From: Marsupella aquatica
Taxonomy: Eukaryota > Plantae > Marchantiophyta
Assembly (NCBI GenBank): GCA_973895155.1
Contig: OZ316897.1
Location: forward strand, 12,771,375-12,835,374
Length of the DNA: 64,000 bases
Reading direction: 5' to 3'
A program made the position numbers and the translations under genes. Below are positions 51,076-62,096 of the stretch, piece after piece. Numbering within the stretch: the first letter of the stretch is position 1; each line of letters opens with the position of its first letter. The notes under the pieces are model-generated. The model saw only the letters and a list, made by a program, of their open reading frames with translations. It had not been told where the DNA came from and did not search any database.

Positions 51076-53440
51076 ATGGCTGTGGCATTCGCCAGGTATG
51101 GCGTTGCGAGCCTGTCGTCGTCCTGTTCGCCGTTGACATCTCTCAGTGGCAGGGCGGGGATGCGCTCATCGTCAGCCTCTAAGGCTTCTAGAGCGGGTAT
51201 TGCAAGCAAAAGGATTGTGGCTCCTCTTTTATTTGTCTACTCGCCAATTCAAGGCAGAGCGCAGCTTGTTACGTCTCCGCAAGATAGCCAAGTGAGAGGG
51301 AGAAGCAGCAGCAGCAGCGGCGGCCGGGGCTGCTTTGACGACGCCATGGCACTGCTTGCCTCGGCACCTGTGCTGCCGAAGCTCGTGGTGCTGGACCTCG
51401 ACTTTACGGTCTGGCCCTTTTACTGGTAAAGCCATCCTCTCTACTCGTTTGTCCTGCCTTTCCCTGGGGTTGTCGGAGTAGAATCAGGGACTGGTAATGA
51501 GCTGCGGTCGGTAGTCATTATTAATTGAGATTTCAGTTCGGACTGGATGAATGCTTGACGGAAGGGCAATTGGTTGATTTGATCTAATTTAACTTCTAGT
51601 GGCTTCGTTGGGACTGTGCAAAGAATCCCCCATCAATAGTTTCTGTGACGTGCCCCACATTTGCGTTCATGATATTTGAACCTCATATCATGGTTTTTCA
51701 GCCCTTAAGAGTACTCTGTGAGACGGCGTTTGATCAATTCGCCTGCTGTTTACACTCTTTGATTGGGGCTCCGGACTCTGTTTGATGAGGGCTGTTTGAT
51801 TCATGGGTCAATGCTACCTTTCTTGATATACTCGTACTATCAATTCTTCTGTCTTGGGCGAGCCACAGAGAGTTCCATCATTTTTCTTGTCAATATTCCA
51901 TCGAAGCATTCGGCTGAGCTGCATAAAAATGAGGCAAAGGGCATGGGCGGGTAAAGAAACGAGAACATGGTGACATGAGAGTTGAATTGGGCTCTTCCAA
52001 TGTTGAACAGTTGGCTTTTTCGGAGTTTGGAGCTTTTACCAGGCCTCTCGTTTGCAGCCAATGCAGCTCCGAGTATTGAGGATCTTTTCTCAATTGCCTG
52101 TTTCCTCCCAACCCCGAATGATGCTGTGGATGACTATGAAAACTCAATGCTTTCTGCACAGCATTGGGCAGCTGGGTAATAGCTCACTACCTCCCGAAGT
52201 TGAGGGAAAGTACGGGTGTAGGGAACGTAGTAGATTGCACTTTGTTTTAATTTAATGACTTTCCTGGAAGGTAGCTAAACAATTCCGCTGGACGGGAGTC
52301 GTTGATTGGTGTGCAGTTACAAGAGGTTGTTTCCCCACCTCTTTATACATTTCTTTGCTTCGTTTCAGTGATTATTAATACCTAAGGTCCCAACACCAAC
52401 TCGTGATATGCTGAAATCGCAAGTCTCATAACTGAGCATGTTTCTATTCGCAAGCATTGTGTTAGGAAATTTCTACCATGCATGCCTTTCTTCTAGCCAT
52501 CGTTCATTTGTGTGATTAAATTGAAGAACTATGTAGATTAATGTGATGCCTTCCGTATCGCAAATGCTGCAGACAATTATCGGGTTCTGTAGATCTTCCG
52601 GTCTATCCGGACGTTGTCGACATCGTTAAAGCCTTAGCAGCTTACAAAGTGGAAATGGCTATAGCATCTCGTTCGCCATCTGCCTCAGTTGCAAAAATCT
52701 TCCTGGAGCAGCTCTCTATAAGCAAGTATTTTCCTTTGAAGGTAAGTCAGGAATCACGGATGAGATTACGGTTGAAACTTTGACGTGTGTTTTCTATCTC
52801 AAACATTGACGAAATGTACTGTACACTGGTTGCATTTTTTGCGATGTAGCCTTATACACAATTTTCTTGGACTCACAGAAGAGGGGGATTTATGTTTCAA
52901 AGTATCCCATTAAGTGGCCTTCGCCAGCTTTAGATTGACTTAGCCTGGGTTGGCTTCGTGTTAATAGTATTGTTGTTGAGGTCCTGTTTTGATACTGCTG
53001 ACGTTAGTGGTCATAGCACTACGTAGCTGCTCATGATTATGGCTTTCTTAAATTTTTGCAGGAAATCTATTTCACCGTCTACTCGAAGACCAAGCACTTC
53101 ACTGCACTCAAGGAGAAAACCGGCATCCCTTACAAATCCGTACTGTTTTTTGACGACGAAGTAAAGAATATTATGGCTGTATGTCCTCTTTCATTGTTCC
53201 TGCATTGATTTGCATGATTTTTTAATGTTAAGAAATCTTACTGAAGGTATTTTTGTCTGTAACTTCGCACTGCGGCTGCAAGAAATTTTGTGATTTGTTG
53301 GCTCAAAATCAAGAATTGACTTTTGGGAACGTTTGTCTGTGTAGGCTGCCAAATTGGGTGTGACTGGAATTGTTGTGACAGAAGGTTTAGATTTGAAATC
53401 TCTGGAAAATGGGTTACATGCAATTGCTTCGAAAAATTAG
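51076..53440 (+). CDS. MDP1: Magnesium-dependent phosphatase-1 family HAD phosphatase (Acid_PPase) with an N-terminal transit-peptide-like extension. Exons: 51076-51425, probable microexons 52162-52175 and 52317-52325, 52593(or 52573)-52741, 53062-53178, 53345-53440
   Basis: HAD motif I LPKLVVLDLDFTVWPFY; motif II MAIASRSP; motif III KTKHF; motif IV LFFDDE; C-terminal KLGVTGIVVTEGLDL. Ser/Arg/Ala-rich N-terminus. Confidence 0.9.
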
Positions 53441-54504
53441 TGGTGACAACTCAGTATAGTCTAGAGTCTCGAGTGAAAGTGATTTGTTGGGAGACATGAG
53501 TCTTCCCACGATGGGGAAGGTATTTGCTGTGGGACTGCGGGCACAACGAGCATCTGGGAAAAAGGCCTATTCTTTGTTGGCACGGACGGTGAGACACAAT
53601 GTTGGGTCGGAGTTCTCACAGCACAGCATTGAACGAGAAGCATTTCCACCGGATTAATGCTGGTCGGGGAATTATTGTACAAGTGAACCTGCATGGTTGA
53701 GACAGTGAAATCCATGCGGGTTGTGGCAATGTGCCCAGCTTATGTTCCAATCAGCCCATGGTGCCGAGTTGATCACTGTTAATCTCAGCGACCATGATAT
53801 ATTAGTATCTTTTCCCTACGGCGTACTCTACACATCAGACCAAAATTCATGGATACAGTGAGGAGGAACAGTACAAAAGGATTGGAAAGGAAACATGGGA
53901 CAGGATAATTTTATATCCTGCTTTCAACCTCCTGTTTACATATTTGATAATAAGGTATACTCATCCTGGAAGTGATGTGTGTACAGGTTTCTAATCCAGA
54001 AGACAGCATGTATATGCGTCAGGTGTAAATCATGAGATTTAATTAACGAACTGCACTATGTATCCGTTTACACGACGATTTTTGTTCCTGAGGTTTGCGT
54101 TGGTAATCAGATTTGGATTTCTCTTTGAATGTCTACATGTCAAGTATCTAGTGTGGGCCGAGTGCAAAGCTTGCACTTCATCTTTAGGTTTGGAGAGGGC
54201 AACGACCCTTTCCAAGCTCTCCTTATCATCATTGGAATCATCCTCGTGATGGTCCCCTCGTGACTACGCAAGTCTCTTAAGACTGACCAAGACCATTTGT
54301 TTCGATAGACCTCGCAGCGTAGTGGGCCATCGCCATTACTGTCTCATAACCAACTCCCGAGCTCTCTGTGTGTCCGACTATGAGCATGTGCTACAAAGAC
54401 GACTTCATTTACGGTCGAAGATTGTCCTTCAAAGCTGTTATCAAATCCTGGGAGAAAAACGCGTTGAATTATGTGAAGAAAAACGGATCGATGCTGAATC
54501 CGCT

Positions 54505-55647
54505 TCATGGGGTAAACAAGGTGAGGTCTCCCATCCCCACATTTGCCGCAGCTGCAATTAAAGCACTGTCCCACTGCTCCAATCCGAACTTACCAAGATA
54601 TCTTTGTCCGATGCTTCGTTCGTCGATCCTCAGCACATCAGCCTCAACCATCTTAATAAGCTCGTCGACGGCCTCCTGAGGATACATCCAGCACCCTTTC
54701 AGCTGGAGGTTGTTATGCATAACGAAAGAATACGGTATGGAGATATCATCTTGTATGCCGCCCATGAGACTGATCCTCCCTCCGTGCCTCAGCGCAAGCA
54801 TTCCACTCCTAATGTGGGTCGACTTGGCAGCTTGCGGCGACGAGATGTCGAAATACACATCCGCTGGTCCGAAGCAGCTTCGCAGTGCGTTGGTCTGGGC
54901 CTCTACATCGCCTGTTATCTCCACGGTCTTGACCCGCGTGGGGCTTAGCGCAGCAAGCTTTTTCAAGATATCGACATTTCGTCCCATAGCTATGACCCTC
55001 GCGCCCATTGCAAGGGCAACGAGCACGGCACATCCACCAAAGGGTCCTGTTGCCGGAGCGACGATGACCGTCTCACCAGCCTTGACATTGACATCCCTCA
55101 GCCCGCCGTAGGGAACCAGCATTCGAAAAATGATTGCTAGGGATTCGACACTGTACCCCAGGCCCCCATCGCCAACACTCCCGAGGAGCTGTTTCTCGTT
55201 CAGCACATGACAATTCTCAAGCGGCACCTTCGCGTATTCCGCGTAAGTCGAATCTCTCCACTCCCCTGCCATCAGCTTCTTGCTGCCAGCAGTAAAACCA
55301 TCGACGATGCCGGACAGGATAATCGCACCGCTCGGGTCGTCTCTCCCTCGAATTGTGATGTCGAACAGCACAAGTTGGCCCGGTGTTAGCAGCGTGGCGT
55401 CTGGACCGACTGCTGCAATGCGTCCGATGGCGCTGTTGCCTAACACGAGCGGTGTGGGGAAGGTGTATGGGCGGATCCCTTCGTAGACCTCACGCGAGTA
55501 CGCTACAATGCCGGCTGCCATGATGCGGACCACAGCACTACCAGGGCTCGGCTGCGGGGTGGGAATTTTCTGGACATTAAGAGGCTCACTCCTCGAAGTT
55601 AGAACGAGGGCCCGGTGCGTCTTCGGCAGCTCTTGCTGAGAACCCAT
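54505..55647 (-). CDS. Intronless medium-chain dehydrogenase/reductase (GroES-like ADH_N + Rossmann), fungal-type, copy A
   Basis: 380-aa ORF: PTPQPSPGSAVVRI, PLVLGNSAIGRIAAVGPDA..GQLV, YAEYAKVPLEN, nucleotide-binding loop VAPATGPFGG, GGRISLMGG. No introns. Confidence 0.93.
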   Translation of the reverse strand: MGSQQELPKTHRALVLTSRSEPLNVQKIPTPQPSPGSAVVRIMAAGIVAYSREVYEGIRPYTFPTPLVLGNSAIGRIAAVGPDATLLTPGQLVLFDITIRGRDDPSGAIILSGIVDGFTAGSKKLMAGEWRDSTYAEYAKVPLENCHVLNEKQLLGSVGDGGLGYSVESLAIIFRMLVPYGGLRDVNVKAGETVIVAPATGPFGGCAVLVALAMGARVIAMGRNVDILKKLAALSPTRVKTVEITGDVEAQTNALRSCFGPADVYFDISSPQAAKSTHIRSGMLALRHGGRISLMGGIQDDISIPYSFVMHNNLQLKGCWMYPQEAVDELIKMVEADVLRIDERSIGQRYLGKFGLEQWDSALIAAAANVGMGDLTLFTP

Positions 55648-56271
55648 GGCGATGAGAAGATGGTGTTCCGTTTGTTGTTAGAGTTTCAATCCCGGTTTCA
55701 ATGGAGTACAATGTCTGATGATCGACCAAGAGACCAGATAGGATGACTTGTCACAAAACTAAAAGCAGCAAGGGAATTGAACGACGTATTGAGCAGAGGA
55801 GTAAAATGTGACCTGATCCGGATTGGAAACAAGTCTTCGGAGCGCATTCAGTTTCTCCAAATCCGAATGGAGCTGCCGCTGATTTTAATCACTAAAGCGG
55901 AACCATATCTGAGCTCGAAAGAGTCTGGATGGAGGTCACTGAGTTAGTCCAGGACTCGATTGGATGCGTGCTCGACAGATTTCTACCAAACTTATAGCTC
56001 TTGAGACTGAAGTGTGACTTACTGTCTACGTAAGGCGATTCACGACGAGATTGTTCTCATTGTCCGTGCGCCTTCCCATGTGAATGGAAAAGCGAAGCAA
56101 AAGATATCCACCAGGGATCTGTCTACTTCGCATCATCTGCGATGAAGGTCGAAAAGATACCCACAAGCGAAGCTTCAGTCGAAATGTCGAAATCGAAGGT
56201 GAAGCCAGTTGTAGCACTGCCCTCCCTCCACGTCCTGCGAGCATCATCTGCTCCAGTGGAGTGCGAGATTC

Positions 56272-56990
56272 GGGTCAACCCTCCCTAAGTGCAATCCGAG
56301 TGGACTAATCTCAGAATTCCACTTCTCCATTAGTGCAACTGGAGAGATAAGTGACGTGAGTTATACAATTTATAGGGTCTTAGGGTCATCTCTCCCTAAG
56401 TGCAATCCCAGTGTAGTAATCTTACAATATCACTACTCCATGAGTGCAATTGGAGAGATGAGTGACGTGAGTTATACAATTTATAGGGTCTTAGGGTCAT
56501 CCCTCCCTAAGTGCGAATCTAGTGGAGTAATCTCAGAATTCCACTCCTCCATGAGTGCAATTGGAGAGATGAGTGAAGTGAGTTATACAAATTTTATTGG
56601 GTCTTAGGGTCATCCCTCCCTAAATGGAATCCAGTGGAGTAATCTCAGACTTTCACTTCTTCATGAGTGCAATTGGAGAGATTAGTGAGGTGAGTTATAC
56701 AAATTTTATCGGGTCTTAGGGTCATCCCTCCCTAGGTGCAAATCCAGTGGAGTAATCTCAGAATTCCACTTCTCCATGAGTGCAATTGGAGAGATGAGTG
56801 ACGTGAGCTATACAATTTATCGGGGTTTAGGGGGTCATCCATCGTGAAAATCCACTGGAGTAATCTCAAGATCCCAAGATTACTCCAGAGCTCCTGGCAA
56901 GACACCCCAAGTATCCACTGTATCATAAGTGCATGGGATATCCATTATGCACTAGTCCATGAGTGCAATTGGAGAGATGAGTGACATGAG
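56272..56990. repeat. Tandem repeat, ~111-113 bp unit, ~5.5 copies plus a partial copy
   Basis: Unit gggtcatccctccctaagtgcaatccagtggagtaatctcagaattccacttctccatgagtgcaattggagagatgagtgacgtgagttatacaatttatagggtctta. Starts at ~56272, 56383, 56494, 56607, 56719 and 56832. Confidence 0.95.
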
Positions 56991-57540
56991 ATGTAGTCTA
57001 CCAGGTCTAAGTGCAGGCTACTGGGAAGACACCTCAAACCTGCACTTATCCACTTACTGCATGCACTATATCATAAGTGCGGAAGATATCATTTAGTACT
57101 TCTGTATGTTCAGGCTATACTATTTAATAAGTGCATGCAAAATTGCTCACTTCCTCATTTGTCTTGTCAGGTCATACACTTAGGACTCCTCATACCCTGA
57201 ACCCTCACAGTGCACAATTCAACTGAATCCTGACTACTACAACTGTGTGCTAGCTCAACTCACCCTAGATCCATGCCTAAATAATAGTAGACACTTCTAT
57301 TCTACCGCATTAGGTAAAATTCTGTTATTCATATACATTAATGCAACGGATTGGGCTCACATTTACAAAGAAACCTGGATAATTGCAATGCTTACATGGG
57401 GATTGAAACTCATTTGCAGTCAATACAAAAATCTTTCCTGTGCAATGGTACATGTGTTAGGGAAATATTGCCTTAGAGAGAACTGCTTAGAATATTTTTG
57501 ATATATGCTTTAACTTATATATCCCATTAGCTTTCACAAA

Positions 57541-58462
57541 AGCTTCGAGATATATGCTTGATGGCCCCCTATGAAACTTTTTGTACCTAATAGACCCTTA
57601 TGAAACTTTTTTTTTACCTAAGAGACCCTCTCTTAATGAGCCGTGTTCTTATGAGGTGCCAAACTGTGTAGTTGACCACAACCGGGTTCTAAATAGGAGG
57701 GGGGTGGATTTAGCCATGAAGACATAGTGCATTATGCATTTGTGTGTTGTGAGGGGTTTAGGGTTGTCGCTGCTACCTGACAATTGTTGCTCTTTGATAC
57801 TTTGTGTTGCGGGAGGGAAGCGCTTGGGTTTTGTTGATGCTTGGGTTTTGTCTATACCTTTAGGTTGTTGATTGAAGCCTTAGAGCCTAGTGCTTACTGA
57901 TACAAAACAAGTGCCCAATGGCCAGTGATAGAAAAGTGTTTGTGGAAGTACCAGGATCATAACGACTGCACTTTCCTCCAACTGGTAGTCGCAGATAAAA
58001 AATATCGATAAAAAAGTTTTACCCACAATACAGTAAAAATTCAATTCTGAAGACATAATTCATATTGTTCTCGCTTCGCAGTTTGTGTAGCGTCCGCGTT
58101 TCAAATCCAAAGACATAATTCATATTGTCTTCACTTTGGAATTTGTGTAGCGTCCGCGGTTCAAATTTGAAGGCATAATCCATATAGTCTTCACTTTGCA
58201 GTTTGGATAGCGGCGGCCACAATTCCACGGTTCCCCTAACCATGTCGTTTGACCTTTTTGTTCAACTGTGCAAGGTTGGGTGCCGGGTTGGATGGTGCAG
58301 TTGGTCATTGCATCAAGAAAAAATTGGCTAGAGTGATTGCCACAAGAACAACTGACACAAAAGTGTAACATAGGGCCTATTGCATAAAAAACAGTTTCAT
58401 AGGGGCCCATCAGGTAAGAAAGTTACACCAGAGGGCCCATCAAACATATACCTCCAAAAGCT
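57541..58462. mobile_element. Non-autonomous TIR element (MULE-like)
   Basis: Left agcttcgagatatatgcttgatggccccctatgaaacttttt...aatagaccct is inverted relative to right agggcctatt...aaacagtttcataggggcccatca...gggcccatcaaacatatacctccaaaagct. Confidence 0.65.
58030..58215. repeat. 60-bp tandem repeat x3 inside the TIR element
   Basis: aagacataattcatattgt..tc.ctt.g.a.tttgtgtagcgtccgcg.ttcaaat repeated with a period of exactly 60. Confidence 0.9.
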
Positions 58463-58926
58463 CCCCAACATTATGTTTTTCCCTTATGTTTTTACAGACT
58501 CCCATAAGAAGTTGTTTGTAAACTCTCCACCACGTGCCACCACATCCACACATTTGATCACAACAGGAAACAAGGAGTTTTCAACAAGAAACAAACATGA
58601 CCGTTTGTGTTTAACTTGAGGCAAACAAAACAATTATCTGACCAAGTAATTGTAAACAGATCAAATTACTGGAAAACAAAATTTGAAATACGAAATAGCT
58701 GGATAAACCAAAATAACTGATGGGATGTCTTGTCAGTGATATATCAGTGTTTTACATCTAGATATTTGTATTTGTTTTCTTCTTCAAGGTTCTTAAAAAG
58801 CTAACCAGTAGAAATACAAAGAGTGAGAACCCCTTGGCTTCATACTATAAGTAACCTAAGTAAACAATCAGAACCCCATGGGCTCCATACCAAAACCTCT
58901 CGTGGACCCTAGGGCATTACAGTCCA

Positions 58927-59225
58927 ATTTTTTTTCCCTTGAAAGCCAAAAGCAAACCCATCCAACAGAGGATAGACATTATGTTCCAAACCATATGAAT
59001 TTAGGTAGGGTAGCCACAAGGGGACAATACCCAAGGATCCCACAAGGACCCAGACCAGTAGGGAGAGAGGGTTGAGCCAAGGCCCCAAAGCGGACAGGAT
59101 ACCAGGACTCCCACCATTGCACCCCACCCACACATAAACTCCACACCCCTTGTGTGCGAAGGGGGAATTTAACCTGGGACCCGAGTCTCGGTTCTAGGCG
59201 CATCCCCTGGCCAACTGACCAAACC
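58927..59225 (-). mobile_element. tRNA-derived SINE, copy 2
   Basis: TSD CATTAC(A/T)GTCCA (58915-58926 and 59226-59237). Minus strand TGGTCAGTTGG...GGTTAAATTCC boxes and a poly(A) tail. Homologous to 17152-17461. Confidence 0.85.
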
Positions 59226-59343
59226 CATTACTGTCCATTGTTGTTTGGTTCTGCTCAAGTTGGAATCATTGCGGAGTGGCTTCTTCCTTAGTGAATTTTT
59301 CATCTTGAATCTTAGTCTGACCCACGACTTACTTTATTGAATT

Positions 59344-59470
59344 TGCACTTTACTGGTTGAAGTGTTTGCAGGTCAATGGGGTGGGCCAAGTACCATACAA
59401 AAGATTTGCTAGTGCACTTTACTGGTTGGAGTGTTTGTAGGTCAATGGGGTGGGCCAAGTACCATGCAAA
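59344..59470. repeat. ~58-bp direct repeat x2
   Basis: tgcactttactggttg(a/g)agtgtttg(c/t)aggtcaatggggtgggccaagtaccat(a/g)caaa occurs twice. Confidence 0.9.
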
Positions 59471-60399
59471 TCTAGTGCAGATGAATTTTTTGTGCCATTA
59501 AAAAAAGAAGTGTTCTTAGCCTCTCTGTGTCTACAAGAATCTGTACACCACAGCTCTGGAGTTGGGAAGGCCTGACATAGCATAGACTCAATTTACATAA
59601 TTAAACTCAGCCATAATTCTTTTAATTTTTTTCAAAGACTGCTCATTTAATGAAGGCCACTAAGATCAAGCTCCCAACATTTTTTTTCTCCACAAGACCT
59701 GGCTTGCTTGACATGCCCTAGCATCTCTATCAGTCCTTGTATTAGTCTTGCTTTTGCCCTATTTTTGCCCAGTCGGAGCCCAACTCTTTGCTGCCATTCG
59801 CATCTTTTGTCCCCACTTTTGTTCCATCTCTTGTATCATCAACAAATAAAGATTCTTGCCCGACTCTTGCCCATGTACTCTCACTACCCATTTGAGCCCT
59901 ATTATTTTTGTGTTGACTTGAATGAAATTATTTGATAACATAAATTCATGTACTATTTTGAACAAGATGTGGCTTTGCATTGACAACATTTTGCACATGA
60001 AATGGGCAAGAACAAACAGTTTGATCCGCCTATAAATCCCAGCCTTTAATCAACACAAATTTAACTTACCTCGACGTCTCTATGCAATGTGTTGGCATTG
60101 CGCTTGGCATTGCGCTTGGCCACAACATGGCCATAATAACCACATAGCCGCGACACCCTCATCACTGGAAGGATGCCATCACAATAATGACAATATGGTG
60201 GCAACAACATCTTAGATGTTAAACACCTTTCTTGCCTTGCTTGCATTAATTTGCATTGTCTACATTTTTTTTTTGACTCACTTGCATTTTTTAAATTTTT
60301 TTTTTGCCTTTTTATTAACATCTTTGCCTGACCTCAACAGGTTTGCCTTGCCTGGAAATGACTGCAACAACTATATGGCTGAAATGAGACATAACATGC

Positions 60400-60663
60400 C
60401 TCAACACCTACCTCGCAAAGACTATATTTTCTTGCTTCATCTTGACAGCTTTGCCTTGCTTTGAGATCGATTTGCCTTTGAACATCTTTCTCGCCTCACA
60501 TCTTTTCTTGCCTCAACATCATTTTTTCTGTCAATGTCTTAGCACTCCCTTGACATCTTTTTCTTTCCCCAACATCTTTCTCTCACCTCAATATCTTTTT
60601 CTCTCCTTCATAACTTTTCCTCACCTTGACAGCCTTTGTGCAACGCACGGGCATTGGGCGAGT
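60400..60663 (+). mobile_element. Degenerate Helitron 3' region, same family as 25268
   Basis: ctttgtgc-aac-gcacgggcattggg-CGAG|T (CTAG variant), preceded by degenerate aacatcttt(t)ctc repeats, the reverse complement of the 25.3-25.8 kb minisatellite. Confidence 0.6.
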
Positions 60664-62096
60664 ATATCTCCAAAATGGAACCTGCTCTAGCTTTAGTCTC
60701 TTAGTCCCTTCACCATGTGAATGAAATCAAACATGTAATAAACTCAACTAGAGCATACACACTCCTCCATCCCTTCATGATTCTCAATGAAATCAAACTT
60801 GTAGTAGCTTTGGGCCCCCCTCAGGTCTCGTTACAAACTAATTTTATTAGTTAATAACATTACTAACAAATGATAGTGACATGGATTCACAGAAGCACAT
60901 GGAGGGGCAGGTATATATCACTGTCCCAAAGAACAAAAACGCCAAACTCGGAGAGGATTCCAATGGTGAAATGTTAGAACTGGCTTGTTGTCATGTTTTA
61001 CTCGACTGGATTGCATTGGATAGGAGGTTGCAAGTGTGGGGTCTATTTTGACTAGATGCAGTTGACAAGTTGATTCAGGTTTATCTCCTTTTGAGCTGCT
61101 TTTCATTGTCAAATAACAATTAATGGCTTTCGAGACCAGAACAAGTTATTCTCCTCTGTGTACTTTGTTCCTTTTTTCCTTTATATTGTTTTGGCCTGTT
61201 TCAGTAAATTTGCTCTTTTTCTCGTCCAGAACGTTATTCAACAAGAAGGTGCAGACACTGACCCAAACACTTTATGATTGTAGTCCGATTTTCCAGAGGT
61301 GATTGACGTCAGTCGAATGATAGTTTGTTGCGAGGTATTCTATGTTGCGAGCAAACAGGAGATTTTGATAGCGAGGAGATTTTGATAGCGAGACAATAAT
61401 GGTTCCAAATTTCAGTTACTTTTTGGTGCCTTTTATATTTTTTGTGTTTTTTTAAAGGCTGCAGATGGCTAGCGAGCTCGCTAGCAAAAAGGAGTCCCCA
61501 AAAGGGATGTTATCAACCAAGTAGTTGATAGCTAGGCAGTTGCATGTAGAAAAATAGGGGTCATGCAAAAATAGGGGTCATGCAGGAATTTTTTTGGCTA
61601 GTGCGAGTAAAAATATTACATTTACTGTTTGCTCGCAAGTTACAATTACTGTTTGTTGCTGCTGGCGTCAGATCCCTTTGCGGTGGATTGTTGTACGTAG
61701 TGAGTAAGTCACACCTGAGTCCAAAGGTCCAGAACGTTTCAATTCCCGTTGCAATTGGGTAAAGCTATGGACAGCAAAATCACCCGGCGATGGACTATTC
61801 AGTGCACTCCATACAGAGTCTTAGAGGTCAGACATGTTCGACTTCAGTGATTAGAATCGGCGGCAGCGACATCCGGGCTAGTGGAGAATTGCTCCTGCTC
61901 TGAAGACTTGCGTTCTCCCATCTGGATCAAGTCTTGCTGTGAGAAATCTGTCTCAATTCGTCGTTCAATTCCCCTTTCGCTGTGACACTTTTAGTCCTTT
62001 CTCGTCTCGTCTCGATTCTCGATTGACCATCAGACACTTTACTGGAATGGAACTCAACAACAAACGCTTTGTGCCGAACACCAACTCGCCATCGCC

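Noticed and set aside
51424-52573. Selenocysteine recoding of the splice-generated UGA at the MDP-1 Cys position
   Set aside because: Land plants are established to lack the Sec machinery, I could not identify a SECIS element, and microexons restore a Cys codon more simply.
54604-55486. Antisense ORFs overlapping the MDR genes (also 62531-63370)
   Set aside because: Shadow ORFs of GC-rich coding sequence, mirrored only because the gene is duplicated.
56272-56990. 5S rRNA or other RNA-gene array (unit ~111 bp)
   Set aside because: No resemblance to 5S rRNA, tRNA or snRNA consensus sequences.
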